DNA of 64,000 bases from contig OZ024751.1 in the NCBI GenBank assembly GCA_964016885.1, positions 16,740,001 to 16,804,000 on the forward strand, read 5' to 3'. The position numbers and the translations under genes were made by a program. Every line of letters starts with the position of its first letter. The stretch's first letter is position 1. Below are positions 1 to 14,104 of the stretch, piece after piece. Below the pieces are notes generated by a model. The model saw only the letters and a list, made by a program, of their open reading frames with translations, did no database searches and had not been told where the DNA came from. Source of the stretch: Eledone cirrhosa. Lineage: Eukaryota.

Positions 1-176
1 TAACAACAATGAAATTAGGGGGATTTGGAAACCTAAGTAACTTATTGTTTGGCGCAGAAGTTAACAATATTATGATGGAATATATAAACATTTTAAAATA
101 AAGTTGCCAGTGAGGTATCAATGGTGTTTAATATAGAAAGATATATGTGATAGATGTTATTATTAGGAACAAAAGG

Positions 177-610
177 GCGATGGATTGTCAGTATAGGTTG
201 AGCGTCAGACACCATGCATTGTAGCATAGAGTTATGCCCCTTTACGTTCTGAGTTCAAATCCCGAACGTAGTTAGCTTTGCCTTTCATCCTTACAGGTTC
301 TAAACATTAATATACCAGTAATGCATTAGGTTCGATTTAATCGACTTTCCCCTTCCCCCCAAAATTGCTGGCTTTGTGCCTAAATCACAAACCATTATTA
401 AGAACAAAAAAAAAAGGGAGGTGGATTGGCAGTAATCGGTAGAGGTGTCGGACGTCATGCTTTGTAGCACAGCCTTATGGCCCTTACGGTCTGAGTTCAA
501 ATCACGCCAAGGTTTACTTTGCCTTTCACACTTACGGGGTCCGATAAAATAAAGTACCAGTAATGCACTGGATAATTGCTGGCCTTGTGCCAAAAGTAGA
601 AACAATTATT
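177..610 (+). mobile_element. Two head-to-tail copies of the abundant tRNA-like SINE (family A)
   Basis: Shared motifs GGTGGATTGGCAGTA..GGTAGAG, GAGTTCAAATCC (B-box-like), CTTTGCCTTTCATCC, GATAAAATAAAGTACCAGT, TTGCTGGCCTTGTGCC..AGAAACAATTATT. Confidence 0.8.
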
Positions 611-1275
611 AGAAACAAAACAATCTTTACTTAGAGGTTGATATTACAGCCTACAATAACAGGGGGCCAACTCTTAATGGATAATATTACATCGAACGGT
701 TTAAACTTTTCAAGGGAAATAAATCCGGTGAATAATTCTATCGTTAAAGGGAAATAACTTTAACATATTTTCATGTTTAAATGAAAATTTAATGGAAGTT
801 TTTATATTTGAGGAAGCAATTTTATGAAAGTTACCGAAATAATTGAAGATATAAAGTTTCATATAAGGTTTAATGAAGGCAGTGATAATAACTTGTGCCC
901 CCTATAAGAATTTCTATAACGTGTAGGTGTCACGACAAAATGTACCCAGCATACACTGTCAATGTGTCACCCGACCAAACTTGCGCATAATGGGAAAATA
1001 CTTTGAAAGGAAGTTGACCCGAAACGGAGATACAAATGGAATAAAACAAATGTTGCGTCTATCGGAGAACGGGTTCCCGAGATACTGGGATTTTCAGGGT
1101 ATCTTCTTAAATATAGAGAGAGAAAGATAGAGAGAAAGAGATAGTGGTTGTGATGAGAGAGCAGATTGAAAGAGAGATATAGAGAGAGGGAGAGGAGACA
1201 GAGAAGGAGAATGGAAGAGAGAGAGGGGGGTGCTTGTGGTGTTGTTGTGTGTGTATATATATATATATATATATT

Positions 1276-2430
1276 AATGCCTTATGGAAGGTTCTCCAGA
1301 AACTTGGTTGCCCTGATAAGTTCCTTGCTTTAGTTAGGGCTTTCCATGACGACATAAAGGCTTGGGTTAATGTCGGAGGTAACATGTCGGAGCCTATCTC
1401 AGTAAGTGCATTTTGAATGCATTTTCTGATGCTTGCAATGCACTAGGATTGACTGTCAGTCTCAAGAAAACCGTCATCATGTACCAACCTGCCCCTGGTA
1501 AGCAGTACAGTGAACCAAATATCTATGTGTAAACGACTTGGAGTGGTTGATTAGCTTGTCTACCTCGGAAGCACTGTCAATCGATACAGCAACCTTGATA
1601 ATGAAATCCCACTCAGGATTAGGAAAGCAAATGATGCTTTCGGAAAGCTAGAAACGCGACTCTGGGGTCGGCGAGACATATGCAAGAAGACAAAGGTAAA
1701 GGTGTACAAGGCATGTGTGCTCTCTTCTCTTCTTTATGCTTGCGTGACCTGGGTCACATATCGCAACCACCTTAAGCAATTGGAGCGTTTCCATCAGATG
1801 TGTCTCAGACGGATCAACGGCGTTCACTGGAGAGACCACATCAGTGATGTCAAGATTTTGGAAAGCTCTCTGTGTGACAGTATAGAAGCTCTTGTGCTTA
1901 AGCAACGACTCCGTTGGAGTGATCACCTTGCCAGGATGAAGGATTCTAGAATACCAAAACAACTCCTTTATGGAGAGTTAGTTAAAGGAAAACGACCGCC
2001 ACATAAACCAAAAAAGAGGTATAAGGATTCCTTGAAAGCCTCTTTGAAAGACGCTAACATCTCTGCTGATACATGGGAAAATGTTGCTGCTGATCGTAAT
2101 AAATGGAGAAAGACTGTATATGAGGGGAAAGTTGCCTTTGAGGCATCTCGAATCGCAAACGAGAAAGTAAAGCGGGATGTGAGGAAGGGCATTGCTGTTG
2201 CATTTCCAGGCGGCGAAGGTCCTCCTATGGCGCTGACATGCAGCGTCTGTGTGAGACTCTGCCTGGTTGACTACCAGGGTGCTCTTGGAGACGCTACTCA
2301 TCATACTTTCCAAGCATGTGGTAGAGAATGTATATAAGCAGGAGGGCTCAAACGACATGCAAAAGTACATGAACTCCAACCACAGCCGGCTATTCCCAGT
2401 GAATGTTTTGTTTGCCAACTCTGTGTGTAG
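1276..2430 (+). mobile_element. Decayed RTE-clade LINE fragment (RT C-terminal region/thumb plus C2H2-like zinc fingers), with the RT core deleted
   Basis: Translates as ALWKVLQKLGCPDKFLALVRAFHD...NMSEPISV, then jumps to LNAFSDACNALGLTVSLKKTVIMYQP, YLGS, KVKVYKACVLSSLLYACVTW, LERFHQMCLRRI, RLRWSDHLARM..RIPKQLLYGEL..GKR..KPKKRYKDSLK. These are typical RTE ORF motifs. Contains stops and frameshifts; flanked by TA/GT repeats. Confidence 0.9.
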
Positions 2431-2602
2431 ATATGTTTATGTGTGCGCGCGTATGTGTGTATATATATATGTATATTATTATTATCGTTGTTATCGTTAT
2501 TATTATTGTTGTTGTTATTATTATTATTATTGTTATTATTACGTTCTTTTGTTTGTTTTCTCGTGCAATGGCCATACTCGATATCGAGGGGGCAACCACC
2601 AT

Positions 2603-2636
<34 letters not shown>

Positions 2637-2980
2637 TATATATGCGTGTGTATGTGTGTGTGTGTGTGAGTGTGTGCATATATCTATATATGTATATGTG
2701 TGTGTGCGTGTGCATATATCTATGTGTATATATGTGTGTGTGTGTCTATGACCAGTGCATATATATCACAGACACCCATGTATATATATACACACACACA
2801 TATATATATATATGTATACACACACACACATTTATATATATATACATACACGCACGTATGTATGTGGGCCTTCCAGTTTCATTTCACATTATATACATGG
2901 CTGTGTATATTTTAATTATTTAAAAATTATTTTTAAGTGAACATGACCCAACGGTTCACGGGTGGTCTAGTAAACATACT

Positions 2981-3704
2981 TTTCTTCACTGCTGGCTTTC
3001 ACTGTAATAAACTCTTTCACTGTAATAAACTCTTTCACTGTGATAAACACTTTCACTGTGATAAACTCTTTCACTGTGATAAACTCTTTCACTGTGATAA
3101 ACTCTTTCACTGTGATAAACTCTTTCACTGTGATAAACTCTTTCACTGTGATAAACTCTTTCACTGTGATAAACTCTTTCACTGTGATAAACTCTTTCAC
3201 TGTAATAACTCTTTCACTGTAATAATTCTTTCACTGTGATAAACTCTTTAACTGTGATAAACTCTTTCACAGTAATAAACTCTTTCACTGTAATAACTCT
3301 TTCACTGTGATAAACTCTTTCACTGTGATAAACTCTTTCACTGTAATAAACTCTTTCACTGTAATAACTCTTTCACTGTAATAACTCTTTCACTGTGATA
3401 AACTCTTTCACTGTAATAAACTCTTTCACTGTAATAACTCTTTCACTGTGATAACTCTTTCACTGTGATAAACTCTTTCACTGCAATAAACTCTTTCACT
3501 GTAATAACTCTTTCACTGCAATAAACTCTTTCACTGTAATAAACTCTTTCACTGTAATAACTCTTTCACTGTAATAACTCTTTCACTGTAATAACTCTTT
3601 CACTGTGATAAACTCTTTCACTGTAATAAACTCTTTCACTGTAATAACTCTTTCACTGTAATAACTCTTTCACTGTGATAAACTCTTTCACTGTGATAAA
3701 CTCT
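2981..3704. repeat. 17/18-bp minisatellite (CTCTTTCACTGTGATAAA)n, about 40 copies
   Basis: Directly visible tandem unit with GTG/GTA/GCA variants and single-A deletions. Confidence 0.95.
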
Positions 3705-4342
3705 GCATATTAAGTGATTCTAAATATATATTTAGACTGAAAACCATTTCTTATTGTTTGTTTTTGTTAGTTTTCTTAACTGTTGTAATGATTGGGAAGA
3801 AATATGACTTATTCGAAATTTCGTATTCCGTTGTATATCAAGGGTGACTATGAAGGAGGGACGTTAGTGCTTTCAACGTAATTTCAGCTCTTCTTATTAA
3901 TAACTCCACTGTTTCTTCCCAGGGACTATGTTGAAAAAATATATATATATAAACCATAATTGGTCATTCCATGAGAGTACCTTGGTCACCCTATGAACGT
4001 TTCAGCTGACCTTTGTATTAATAAACAGGGATAGACCCGAGACTATTGTAAAAACATTTGTCCGAGGAGCTATGCAGTGGGATCGAAATCGGAATATCAT
4101 GGTTGCGAAGCTAATTTCTTAAAAACTTATCAATGCCTGTGATAGTAGATATCAATGGACACAACTGATAATGTTCCGTGTGTGTGTGTTTGTGAGTTTA
4201 TGCATGTCTGTCTGTGTGTGTGTGTTTGTGAGTTTATGTGTGTCTGTGTGTGTGTGCGCGTGTGTATGTGTTTGTGTGTGTGAGAGAGAAAGTGTGTATG
4301 TATGTATGTATGTGTGTACACATTGTGGAATTAATATAATTG

Positions 4343-4380
<38 letters not shown>

Positions 4381-4759
4381 CGAGTGTGCGGTTTGTGGAA
4401 TGAATATGATTGTATGGATGTGTGTAGGTTGAGGCCAATAGACGGAGAGAAAAAAAAAAAACCATCCAATGTGAAATAATAGGTTTCTGTAGGCAGGATA
4501 ATGTTTAAGTATTTTAACAGAAACATGCGCGGTGGGTATGCTGGAACATTCATAGGTTGACTATGATGGAATAACGCTAGAGCTGTGAAATCTTGCAAGC
4601 ATTAATTTCAATTATTCTTATTAATAACTACATTGTTTCCTTCCAGGCACTACGTTGAAAAATAAACTTCATTTGGTTGGTCGTATCATGAAAGTATCTT
4701 GGTCAGTCTATGAACTTTTCAGCTGACCCTCGTATGACGAAGACATTTAGAATTGCTAG

Positions 4760-5180
4760 ATCGATAGAAGATAAAATATCATTGAGATATTTCGTTTCGC
4801 TCTTCACGTTCTAAGTTCAAATCCCACCGAGGTCAACCCCACCTTTCGTCATTCCTGGGTTGATAAAATAAAAACATCATTAACGCACTAGGGTCGAATT
4901 AATCGACTTTCCCCTCCCCAAATGTTGCTGGCCTTGTGTCTATAGTAGAAACAATTATTACCATTATTATTGTTTGATAGTCGGAATCAGTAGAGCGTCG
5001 GACAAAATGCTTTTTGGCATAGAGTTCTGAGTTGAAATCCCACTGAGGTCAACGTTGCCATTTGTCCTTTCCTGTTCGATAAAATAAAGTATCAATCACA
5101 TACTGAGTCGATTTAATCGACTTCCCCCTCGTCCCCGCCTGAAATTGTTGGCCGTGTGCCTAAATTAGAAATCAATATTT
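4760..5180 (+). mobile_element. Two head-to-tail SINE family A copies (long variant with GTCGATTTAATCGAC palindrome)
   Basis: Same diagnostic motifs as at 177-610. Confidence 0.75.
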
Positions 5181-5534
5181 TAATGGAAACTTTTCAACCG
5201 AGTTACTGTATCTCTAATACTTTGCTTATAATTATTTTATCGACTCCCAGAACGGACTTCTCTACTTTATCACCATGTACAAAAATATCCACACCCATTA
5301 TGTATATTTCCAACAATTCATGCCGAGAATGCTAGCATACTAATTCTATTGATTACCCTGTGTTTCAGTTTGCTTTATTGATCTAACATCGAAACCTAAT
5401 CGATTTTATTCATGTCTGACATGCTGATATGGATATCGAAAATAAATTGCCTCTCTATTTTGAATCAACCTGTTGCATTAAAATATATTTTTTTGCATGC
5501 ATTATATATATATATATATATATAGTAGGAAAAG

Positions 5535-5575
5535 AGTCTCAACGTTTTGGACATTAGTCGTTCATCAGAAGAGAG
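5535..5575 (-). ncRNA. Decayed minimal hammerhead ribozyme (same family as 21079 and 59174)
   Basis: Reverse complement TCTT CTGATGA ACGAC TAAT GTCC AAAAC GTT GAGA; G12 is mutated to A. Confidence 0.5.
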
Positions 5576-5686
5576 AATGAGAAATTAAAGAAGTAATAGA
5601 AAGACTAAGAAGACGGTCAGGGCGGAAAAGGATAAATATTTTTTGTAAGATATACTTTTTGAAAAGGTGATATATATATATATATA

Positions 5687-5872
5687 ACGAAGGAAATGTG
5701 GTAAGGAACCAGGTGGACCATAACGCACCAAAGTACTCAATACTTGAGGTAGTAGAGTGGTTAATAGGAACCAGTAAGACCCCGAGAGCTGAGCTCAAGC
5801 CGTTTCGACGGCTAATTCTGGACTGAATTAGCCGTCGAAACGGCTTGAGCTCAGCTGTCGGGGTCTTACTGG

Positions 5873-5876
<4 letters not shown>
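5687..5876. mobile_element. PLE-like terminal-repeat fragment with fold-back; other copies at 22792-23003, 33192-33308, 40017-40200, 57143-57232, 58235-58285
   Basis: Recurrent AACGAAGGAAATGTGGTAAG..CCATAACGCACCAAAGTACTCAATAC motif between (TA)n tracts, ending in an inverted repeat that contains the HHR 3' half GAAACGGC-loop-GCYGTC. Confidence 0.7.
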
Positions 5877-5909
<33 letters not shown>

Positions 5910-6018
5910 AGTCGATCGACTTTCGTCACATCGGACTGAGGAAACAATATTTCCATGGGTGTTTCCAATTGTTAATACAAGCTATCGGTTGCAACTCCAG
6001 GTAGAAGGAGCAACGTGA

Positions 6019-6094
<76 letters not shown>

Positions 6095-6098
<4 letters not shown>

Positions 6099-6250
6099 GA
6101 AAAGAATGACTTCACTTGTAGTTATAAACAATTTGATTTAATTTTATAATATTATAATATTATAAAATTAAATTGTTTAGAACTACAAGTGAAGTCATTT
6201 TTTACTTTTTTTTAATCTACCTAACTGTAGCAAGGACTTCACACATTTTC
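6095..6250. mobile_element. Fold-back element between (TA)n tracts; related copy at 28328-28630
   Basis: AATGACTTCACTTGTAGTT...AACTACAAGTGAAGTCATT inverted arms; homologous arms at 28375-28435 and 28568-28628. Confidence 0.65.
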
Positions 6251-6322
6251 CAATATACATATATACATACATATATATATATATATATAATTTCTGCGAG
6301 ATCGAATTTCGGCAATGATGTA

Positions 6323-6512
6323 TAGAAGTGGTAACACAGCAGTTAGTTCACCATGCCGAGAACAATTGTTTCACCTTAGCGGATCTTCAGCTCAGACTGG
6401 TCATGGTTATACGGAATATTCCGTATAACCATGACCAGTACGAGCTAAAGATCCGCTAAGGTGAAACAATTGTTCTCGGTATGGTGAACTAACTGTTGTG
6501 TTACCACTTCTA
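6323..6512. mobile_element. ~190-bp near-perfect fold-back element carrying a hammerhead in each arm
   Basis: Arms of ~95 bp meet at the palindrome GGAATATTCC (6413-6422). Confidence 0.85.
6356..6395 (-). ncRNA. Minimal type I hammerhead ribozyme, intact core
   Basis: Reverse complement CTGAG CTGAAGA T CC GCTAA GG T GAAAC AATT GTT|CTCGG; stem I CUGAG/CUCGG; palindromic AATT loop III. The plus-arm copy (6440-6479) has CTAAAGA. Confidence 0.75.
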
Positions 6513-7479
6513 CCTAACTCGTCCCATGGACTGAGTGCTCTAGCACTACGGCTATTACCTTCCAGTGTTGTACTTCTCTTTCTCTCTATATATAGTGGTG
6601 TGTGTGTGTGTGTGCGCGCGTGCGTGTGCGTGTGTGTGCGTTTGAGTGTGTGTGTTGCAAGAAAGCGTGTAGGCGAATTTTCCCTTTGGGAGTGCGCTCC
6701 ATGAAGTTTGTACACGCAAGAAGAGTCAGCCATTCTGTATATGAAGACAAGGAAAAAACATTAAGTGAGATAACGTCACAATATCAAGACCAGAAACTCC
6801 TTCGAGAGCGTTCAGAATGTGGTAAGCAAGCTAGAGATAAAATTCATATGCCGACCAGCTTACTCTCATGGGATGAGCAAATAAGGTTTATTTTTCAACA
6901 TAGTCCATAGAAAGAAACAATGCAGGTATTTATCAGAAGAGTTGGACATTAATGCATGCAAGATTTCACAGAACTAACATCACTCCTTCATTGTCAGCCT
7001 TTGAACTTTTAGCTTTTCAGCAGACCTTTATGTAAGGAAAGCAAAAAGAATTATGCGTTCATTGCATGTAGAAGGGCGTACACTGTAGCATCAAGTGCAC
7101 TTAACACACACACACACAAACGTACACACACACACACGCACACACACACACACACATACACACGCACGCACGTATAAATATTTTCTAGACCCTAAGTTTT
7201 GAGTGTGATTTCTTCCGTCGTAAATCCAAAGATATATGTATAGACAGTTCCAGTTTACCAGCTATCTACGAGCGTCTCCATGGTTTCGGTTCCTTTAAAG
7301 GCGTCACTATTCTTATGTGTGTTTGTGTGAATAGGTGTATGTGTGCGCGCCTATGTTTGTATGAATATGAATGTATTTCTATATCCGAGATTATTTATAA
7401 CTAATTATGTATATACTACTACTGCAAAGTTGTATTTACACATACTCGCAGGCATATATATATATATGGGGGGGGGGGG

Positions 7480-7730
7480 TGCATGGGTGTGTATATGTAT
7501 AAATATATATATATGTATATATATATAACATATATACATATAGATATATACATATACATAGATATAAACATATACATATATATTCATATATACATATACA
7601 TATATATATACATATACATATATACATATATACATACATATATATATATGTATATACGTATATGTATATATGTATATATACATATACATATATACATATA
7701 TATATACCATATATACATACACGTATATAC

Positions 7731-7816
<86 letters not shown>

Positions 7817-7905
7817 ATATATGTATATACGTATATGTATATATGTATATATACATATACATATATACATATATATATATACCATATATACATATACGTA
7901 TATAC

Positions 7906-7940
<35 letters not shown>

Positions 7941-7944
7941 CATA

Positions 7945-8031
<87 letters not shown>

Positions 8032-8160
8032 CACATATACATATACATATACATATACATATGTACATATACATATCTAAATATATATATGCGTATAAAC
8101 ATATACATATACATATATACATATACACATATACTTATACATATATATACACACACACAC
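7480..8160. repeat. Compound (TA)n/(TACA)n microsatellite
   Basis: Direct observation. Confidence 0.95.
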
Positions 8161-8629
8161 GCGCGAAACATGCCCTCTGCAATAAATATCAATATTTATT
8201 TAAAACGTAAACCTTAATTGGAATCTATTGTTGTTCATCTTCCAGGTTTATATAGCCAAATATATTATAGCTATTTCACGGTAGTTCACTATTCTCAACA
8301 TTTTCTTAACATTCTCCTTACTACTTCTAGAGAGGGCAACATATTACATACATTACATATATGACATGTTAATATTATTAAGTATGCAATGAATTTTATT
8401 GCTAAAAGTAATTGGAAATTATTTCATATTCTATGACGAAAAATATACTCGCATTTATAATAAAGAACGTGGAATAGAATGCTTTAAATAAAAAGACATT
8501 GTACACTAATTTGAAAACAAACACACACACACATACACACAACAGAACAACGAAATTTACTGTTAATGACTGCGTAAATTTAGCTGTTCACCTACATGGC
8601 TGCATTCCATTAGAAAGTTAATCGATCGT

Positions 8630-10185
8630 AACTATGATAAAGAAAGGAGTGCGGGACTGCGTCCAGAATATATTTTTTTAATACCATTTGTAAAATAAGT
8701 TGGATTACTTTGTGTGAATAATTGTTTCTACTTTTGGCACAAGGCCAGCAAATACCCAGTACATTACTGGTACTTTATTTTATCGACCCCGTAAGGATGA
8801 AAGGTAAAGTTAACCTCGGCGGGATTTGAACTCAGACCATAAAGGGCCGTAACACTTTGCTGCAAAGCATGGCGATCGACCCTCTTCCGATACAGCCAAT
8901 CCACCGCCCTTTGTATAAATTACTTTGTATAAATTACTTTGTATAAATAATGAATGAATATTACATAATTTATCTACTAAATTTCGTGACTCTTGATAAA
9001 ATAAGCAATAAAACATTCACTTCTTTAAAATTTCTTTAAGATTCACTTCTTTAAAATTTTCAAATGTCAATATTTCCGGTTAGCGATCTATTTTTTTTCC
9101 TAATGCAGTTTATCGTCTTTTTTTAATGTATCATGGATTACGTTACTGATTGCATAAGAGTGTGTAACACAGTCTCTCTTCAATTTCTGTGGATATTGTC
9201 AATTACGATTTCATTTGATGTATCATATCTACATGCATGTATATTTGCGTATAATATCAATATGCACACTACACATGCTAGCAGAAAAACCACACAAAGG
9301 GTGGTTTTTCTGCTTGTGTATTTGATAATACTGTTCTCTTATGATGGATAATAAATCACTAGAGGAAACAAAAGCTCACAGAAAGACAAGAAAGATGAAG
9401 AGAACATATACGGCAAAGAAGGTAGGCTGCCTCATACGTTATATCTAGTGAATTGACAATCGTTGACAATAAATATAAATACGGTAAAAAAGGAAGGCTG
9501 TCACATCTAAACTATAATAAAGTAAGAAGCGCGCGACTGCGTACAGTTTATAATTTGTTATTACATTAGTAAAATAAGTTTGAATAAATAATTGTTTCTA
9601 CTATTGGTACAAGGCCAGCAATTACCCAGTACATTACTGGTACTTTATTTTATCGACCTCGTAAGAATGAAAGGCAAAGTTAACCTCGGCGGGATTTGAA
9701 CTCAGAATGGCAAGGGCCGTAACTCTATGCGTCAAAGCATTTTGTCCGACCCTCTACTGATACTGCCAATTCACCGCCCTTTGAATAAATAATGAATGCA
9801 TATTACATAATTTATCTACTAAATTTCGTGGCTGTTTATTAAATATATTTTATTATTTATTTAAAGATTCAATTCTTTAAATTTTTCAAATGTCAACACT
9901 TCCGGTGGCGATCGCTTAAATAAATACTCATATATTTCCGTCACTAATTTTCTCCTAATGTAGTTTATATATAATATCGTCTTTTCTTAATGTATCACGT
10001 TACTGGTTAAATAAGACAGTGTAACACAGTCTTCGTTAAATTTTTGTGTATATTGTCAATTACGATTTTATTTGATGTATCATATCTACATGCATATATA
10101 CTTTCGTAAAATATCAATCTACACACTACACACACTAGCAGAAAACCGCCTTTCGTGTGGTTTTTCTGCTGGTATGATATAATGG
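8630..10185. repeat. Diverged local tandem duplication (~8630-9350 vs ~9510-10185), each unit containing a minus-strand SINE A
   Basis: Colinear shared unique sequence: GACTGCGT, GTAAAATAAGTT, SINE, ATATTACATAATTTATCTACTAAATTTCGTG, GTGTAACACAGTC, CTAGCAGAAAA..GTGGTTTTTCTGCT. Confidence 0.85.
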
Positions 10186-10206
10186 CTCTTCCAGCGCATC
10201 TCCGTT

Positions 10207-10338
10207 ACCATCCTCCGGGGAAACGCCTTCTCCATTCTGTCCGCCGGGGTTGTGGGGTGTCCAGCACGTGGGACTCCATTTGCTCACTATATGGAGAGAT
10301 AGAGGCATGGGATGACTGTGGGAGTTCGGCTCTTGCAC
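10207..10338 (-). other. Candidate exon of an unidentified minus-strand transcript
   Basis: Unique GC-rich island bounded by acceptor-like ctcttgacAG and donor-like G|GTAAC; open in two frames; no recognisable homology. Confidence 0.3.
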
Positions 10339-10702
10339 CTGTCAAGAGTTTGTTTTCATACTTGTGACCACGGACAGTGTATGTAAAACTTTTAAAGCTG
10401 GATGTGTCACGCATGCTAGCATTTCCCCTTTTAAAATGCTTCGTTATCTACTCCATATATGTTACGCTATACCACCCATCTTACCACCGCCAACACTTCA
10501 ATACTTCTGCTGCTACTGCTACTACTGCTACATCTAGTGAGTCGACAATCGTTGACAATAGATACAATTACAAGTAAGAGAGGTAATAAAATGTAATTGA
10601 AAATTTTGAAAATACTGAAAATGTCGTATGAAAAGGGGTTTTATTTATGGCTGTATATAAATGTGGTGGCGATGGTCTCTGTATTTACGATATATACACT
10701 TA

Positions 10703-11227
10703 CACACATGGAAGGCACACCGTCGGTTACGACGGCGAATGTCCAAGTTGATCCGATGAAAGGGAACAGCGAAATTAACGTGTAAGTGGCTGAACATTAC
10801 ACAAATACGCGTACCCTTAACGTAGTTAGCGTACTTTTGTGCAGCAAAGTACATCAAAATTACACTTAAGCTCTGAGGTAGCAAACCTATCAAGGAACAC
10901 TCTCAGTATAGGACCAGTTTTCTCCGAATTAACCGCTACCAGTTATAATTTTCAAAAGGGGAAATTGTCATGTGGTTTTACGGTCAAATATTCAATCCAA
11001 TCCAGGGTCTTCTCACTTAGTTGATATCCATTGCTTTCCGTTTGGTTTTGGTCATGTCTTCAGGGTGTAGCCGTACTCACTATGCGTGGTCAATTGTGTG
11101 TTAGTGAGGTTATTTATCCCAAAGCTGGTTTGGGTGTCTGTTGATTCTGAGCAGTTCAACCGCCCTGTTATCAGATTTTGTTTTTCTTCCGCTGGGGTTT
11201 CAGTTACCGTCTTCACCAGACCAGAGC
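10703..11227 (-). other. Candidate exon (possibly 5' UTR plus start of CDS) on the minus strand
   Basis: Strong acceptor cccttctcttaacAG and canonical donor GT|GTAAGT around a unique, repeat-free segment. Confidence 0.3.
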
Positions 11228-14104
11228 CTGTTAAGAGAAGGGACAATTTAGTCACTGACCATGCGATTATGTATATAATTACATCACGCATAAACATTAC
11301 ATCACAACTCTATTTTGAAAAAATAAAAGATTATATATTTTAAGTTGCATTTGTTGTTCGTGAGAAATTCGTCATGTTGTAGATATCGATGTGGTTGATG
11401 CTTGGTAATGCTGTTTAGTGCCTGATTTCAGACCCGCCAACAACTAAAAACCTAAAAACCGAAACGGGAAGTTCCATGAAAAGAAATGACCCCAAACGGG
11501 AAGAAATGAGTTGAGTGTTACATTTCTTAGTCGATGAAAAATATGCGTGCTGGTCAAGATATGCAGACACTTTATTGACGTTAAATGAAACTACTACATC
11601 ACGGTTCAAAAACACTGTTGGCTAACATAGGCGGAGAGTGTTCCTTTTGTCACTTTCCTTTCCAATGAAAACGTAGAAACAATGTGTTTCCCCTCTTCAC
11701 TTCTCCCTTCTCTCTACTGATTGTTCTTCTTCAAACCCTCGCTTCTTCTTACAATGACAGACTCAATAATCAATGAATGAATTTAAAATCATTCTCTTTA
11801 TACCATTTCTAGATAAAACGTACGGATCCGACATCAAACAGAAAATTACAATTTTATTTCGAGTGTTATTCACTCGAAATGAACAATAACAAGATGAAAT
11901 ATATTTTAAAAAACTTTCTTTTAAAATTGTAACTAAACTTTAAACTTCACAAAGACACATTGAAGAAAACTGAAATATCTCAGTGGCAATGATAACTGTA
12001 GAATAAAGAGTAACATACAATTAAAAGTTACAGGAATTATATTTCAGAAAACGTGCAAAGAAGGAAGGAGGTGAAGAACACTTTGATTTTATATTCCAAC
12101 TACACCAACCATGACTCGTTGGGCCACGTTCACTTAAATGTATTCTATTCTTTGAAGTCACTTGTTATAATTTCATTCAACAACACCACCAATTCTCTTT
12201 CTCTCTTGCATTCCCTTCTCTGTCTCCTGCTTTCTCTCTCTCTATGCCTCTCTTTCAATCTACTCACTCACAACTACTATATCTTTCTCTCTCTCTCTCT
12301 TTATTTAAGAAGATACCCTAAAAATCCCCGTATCTCGTGCTCCGATTTACGTGAAACTTGCTTTATTCCATTTGTATTCCTATTTCAGGGCAACTTCCTT
12401 TCAAAGTATTTTCCCATTATGCGGCGTTTTGGCTGTATTAAATTACTTACAAGCACACAATCACTGAGTTTTAGTAGTATATATAGATTAGACGCAAACC
12501 TCATATAACTATGTAATTATTTAAATTCGGACATGCGATTTATGAAGTAATTAATCATCAAGATAACCACTGAAATGGTTGGCGGGGTGGGTGAGGCGTT
12601 GTGGGAGGGGGGGGGGGGGGCGATTCTCAAAGAACCATATTACAGATGTTAATTTTGGATATAAACTTTTAATCTCTGAGTCATCTGAACAAATACACTA
12701 CAAAATTCCTGGTCAGTTACCCAGTGAATAGAATTGTGTTAAATCATCTTGGTTTGGAAATCTTGGAGGGTCCAATCAGATATTAATTTTATGTATTGGG
12801 GCTTGAATGTCAAATTGGATATTAGCTTTATGTGCATGCATGAGCCCGTAATTCTTGAGAGTCATAGTGGTACCGTATTGCCATACGACATTACGAGGAC
12901 ATATTTAAACCTGGCAGAACCCAATTCTGTCCATCTCTGAGTACAGCAGATTTCTTCCAGAGAAGGATAGAAAATGAGGGAATGGAATTGAGAAAGAGAT
13001 ATTGAGAAAAATTCGACTTCAGTACTTGGCTGGCACTTTTGTTATTGACCTCGAATGGATGAAAGGAAAAGTTGACCTCGGCGAGATTTGAACTCAGAGA
13101 GCAGAGAGCCGAAACTAATACCGCAAAACGTTAAATCCGACCTTTTAATCACTGTCAATTCGCCGCCATATTAGCTCAATGTATTGGTGCTTAAATATCA
13201 AATTAGATATTTGCTCTGTATTGGTTCTTGAATTTCATAGATCTAATTATTGAAGCTGAGGCTTTCGTGCCTATGAATCCTGCAATTGATAACCCTAAGG
13301 GCTCTCAATTAGCACTTCGGACTGAAATATGGAATGCAATGATTTAGGAAAATTTTCCCCTATAGATTTGTTTTTATGCAACCATTTTGAAAAGAAAGTG
13401 GATAACTGACTGATTTGTAAGATTTTTATACACAAATTTATTCGGGTAAAGGTTCATAAGAATGTGGGTGGAAAGAGAGTATTGAAAGTATATTTTCCAG
13501 AATCATTGTCGAAATAAGTGTTTAATGAGTTAATGTTAAAGGAGGTGAGCTTTTATATACGTGACGGGGTTTGGTGAGATGAATGCCATAAGTGTTTCCA
13601 AATCGAATTGTATAAAGTCCTTAACCTTAAACAGAAGCTGAATGTATGCAAATTATGGGCGAGTTATACTTAGCGTTTCTCATTAAAATGTCTCGATCTG
13701 AATTTTATTTTGTCGACATTTTAGCTGAATATGCCTTGTTATTTACAATTTCAAGTAGCTTGTAAAATTTCATGAACTTGAATGACTGATGTCTTCATTG
13801 TCATTAACAATATTTTCATTTATTAACAAAAAAAAACACAACAAGAACGGAAAAATAAACAAATAAAAAACAACAATGAAGCAAAAAAAACAAACATACA
13901 CACAAAAAAGAAATGATAAGGAAAACAAAACAAAAAGAAAGACAATTAATTGAATGTGATTTGGTTTATTTTTCCTGCGAAATGAAACTTCATATCATTT
14001 GTGAAATATTACTGCATAAAACCTCACTACCAGACAATTAACCTGGATTAATAAAGCACATAACACCCTCTTCACATTTGAGAGAAGTGTTTTTTGCTAG
14101 TCAT

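Noticed and set aside
2937-3239. ORF with (HCDKLF)n resembling a metal-binding repeat protein
   Set aside because: Translation of an 18-bp minisatellite; the frame is broken by 17-bp units further on.
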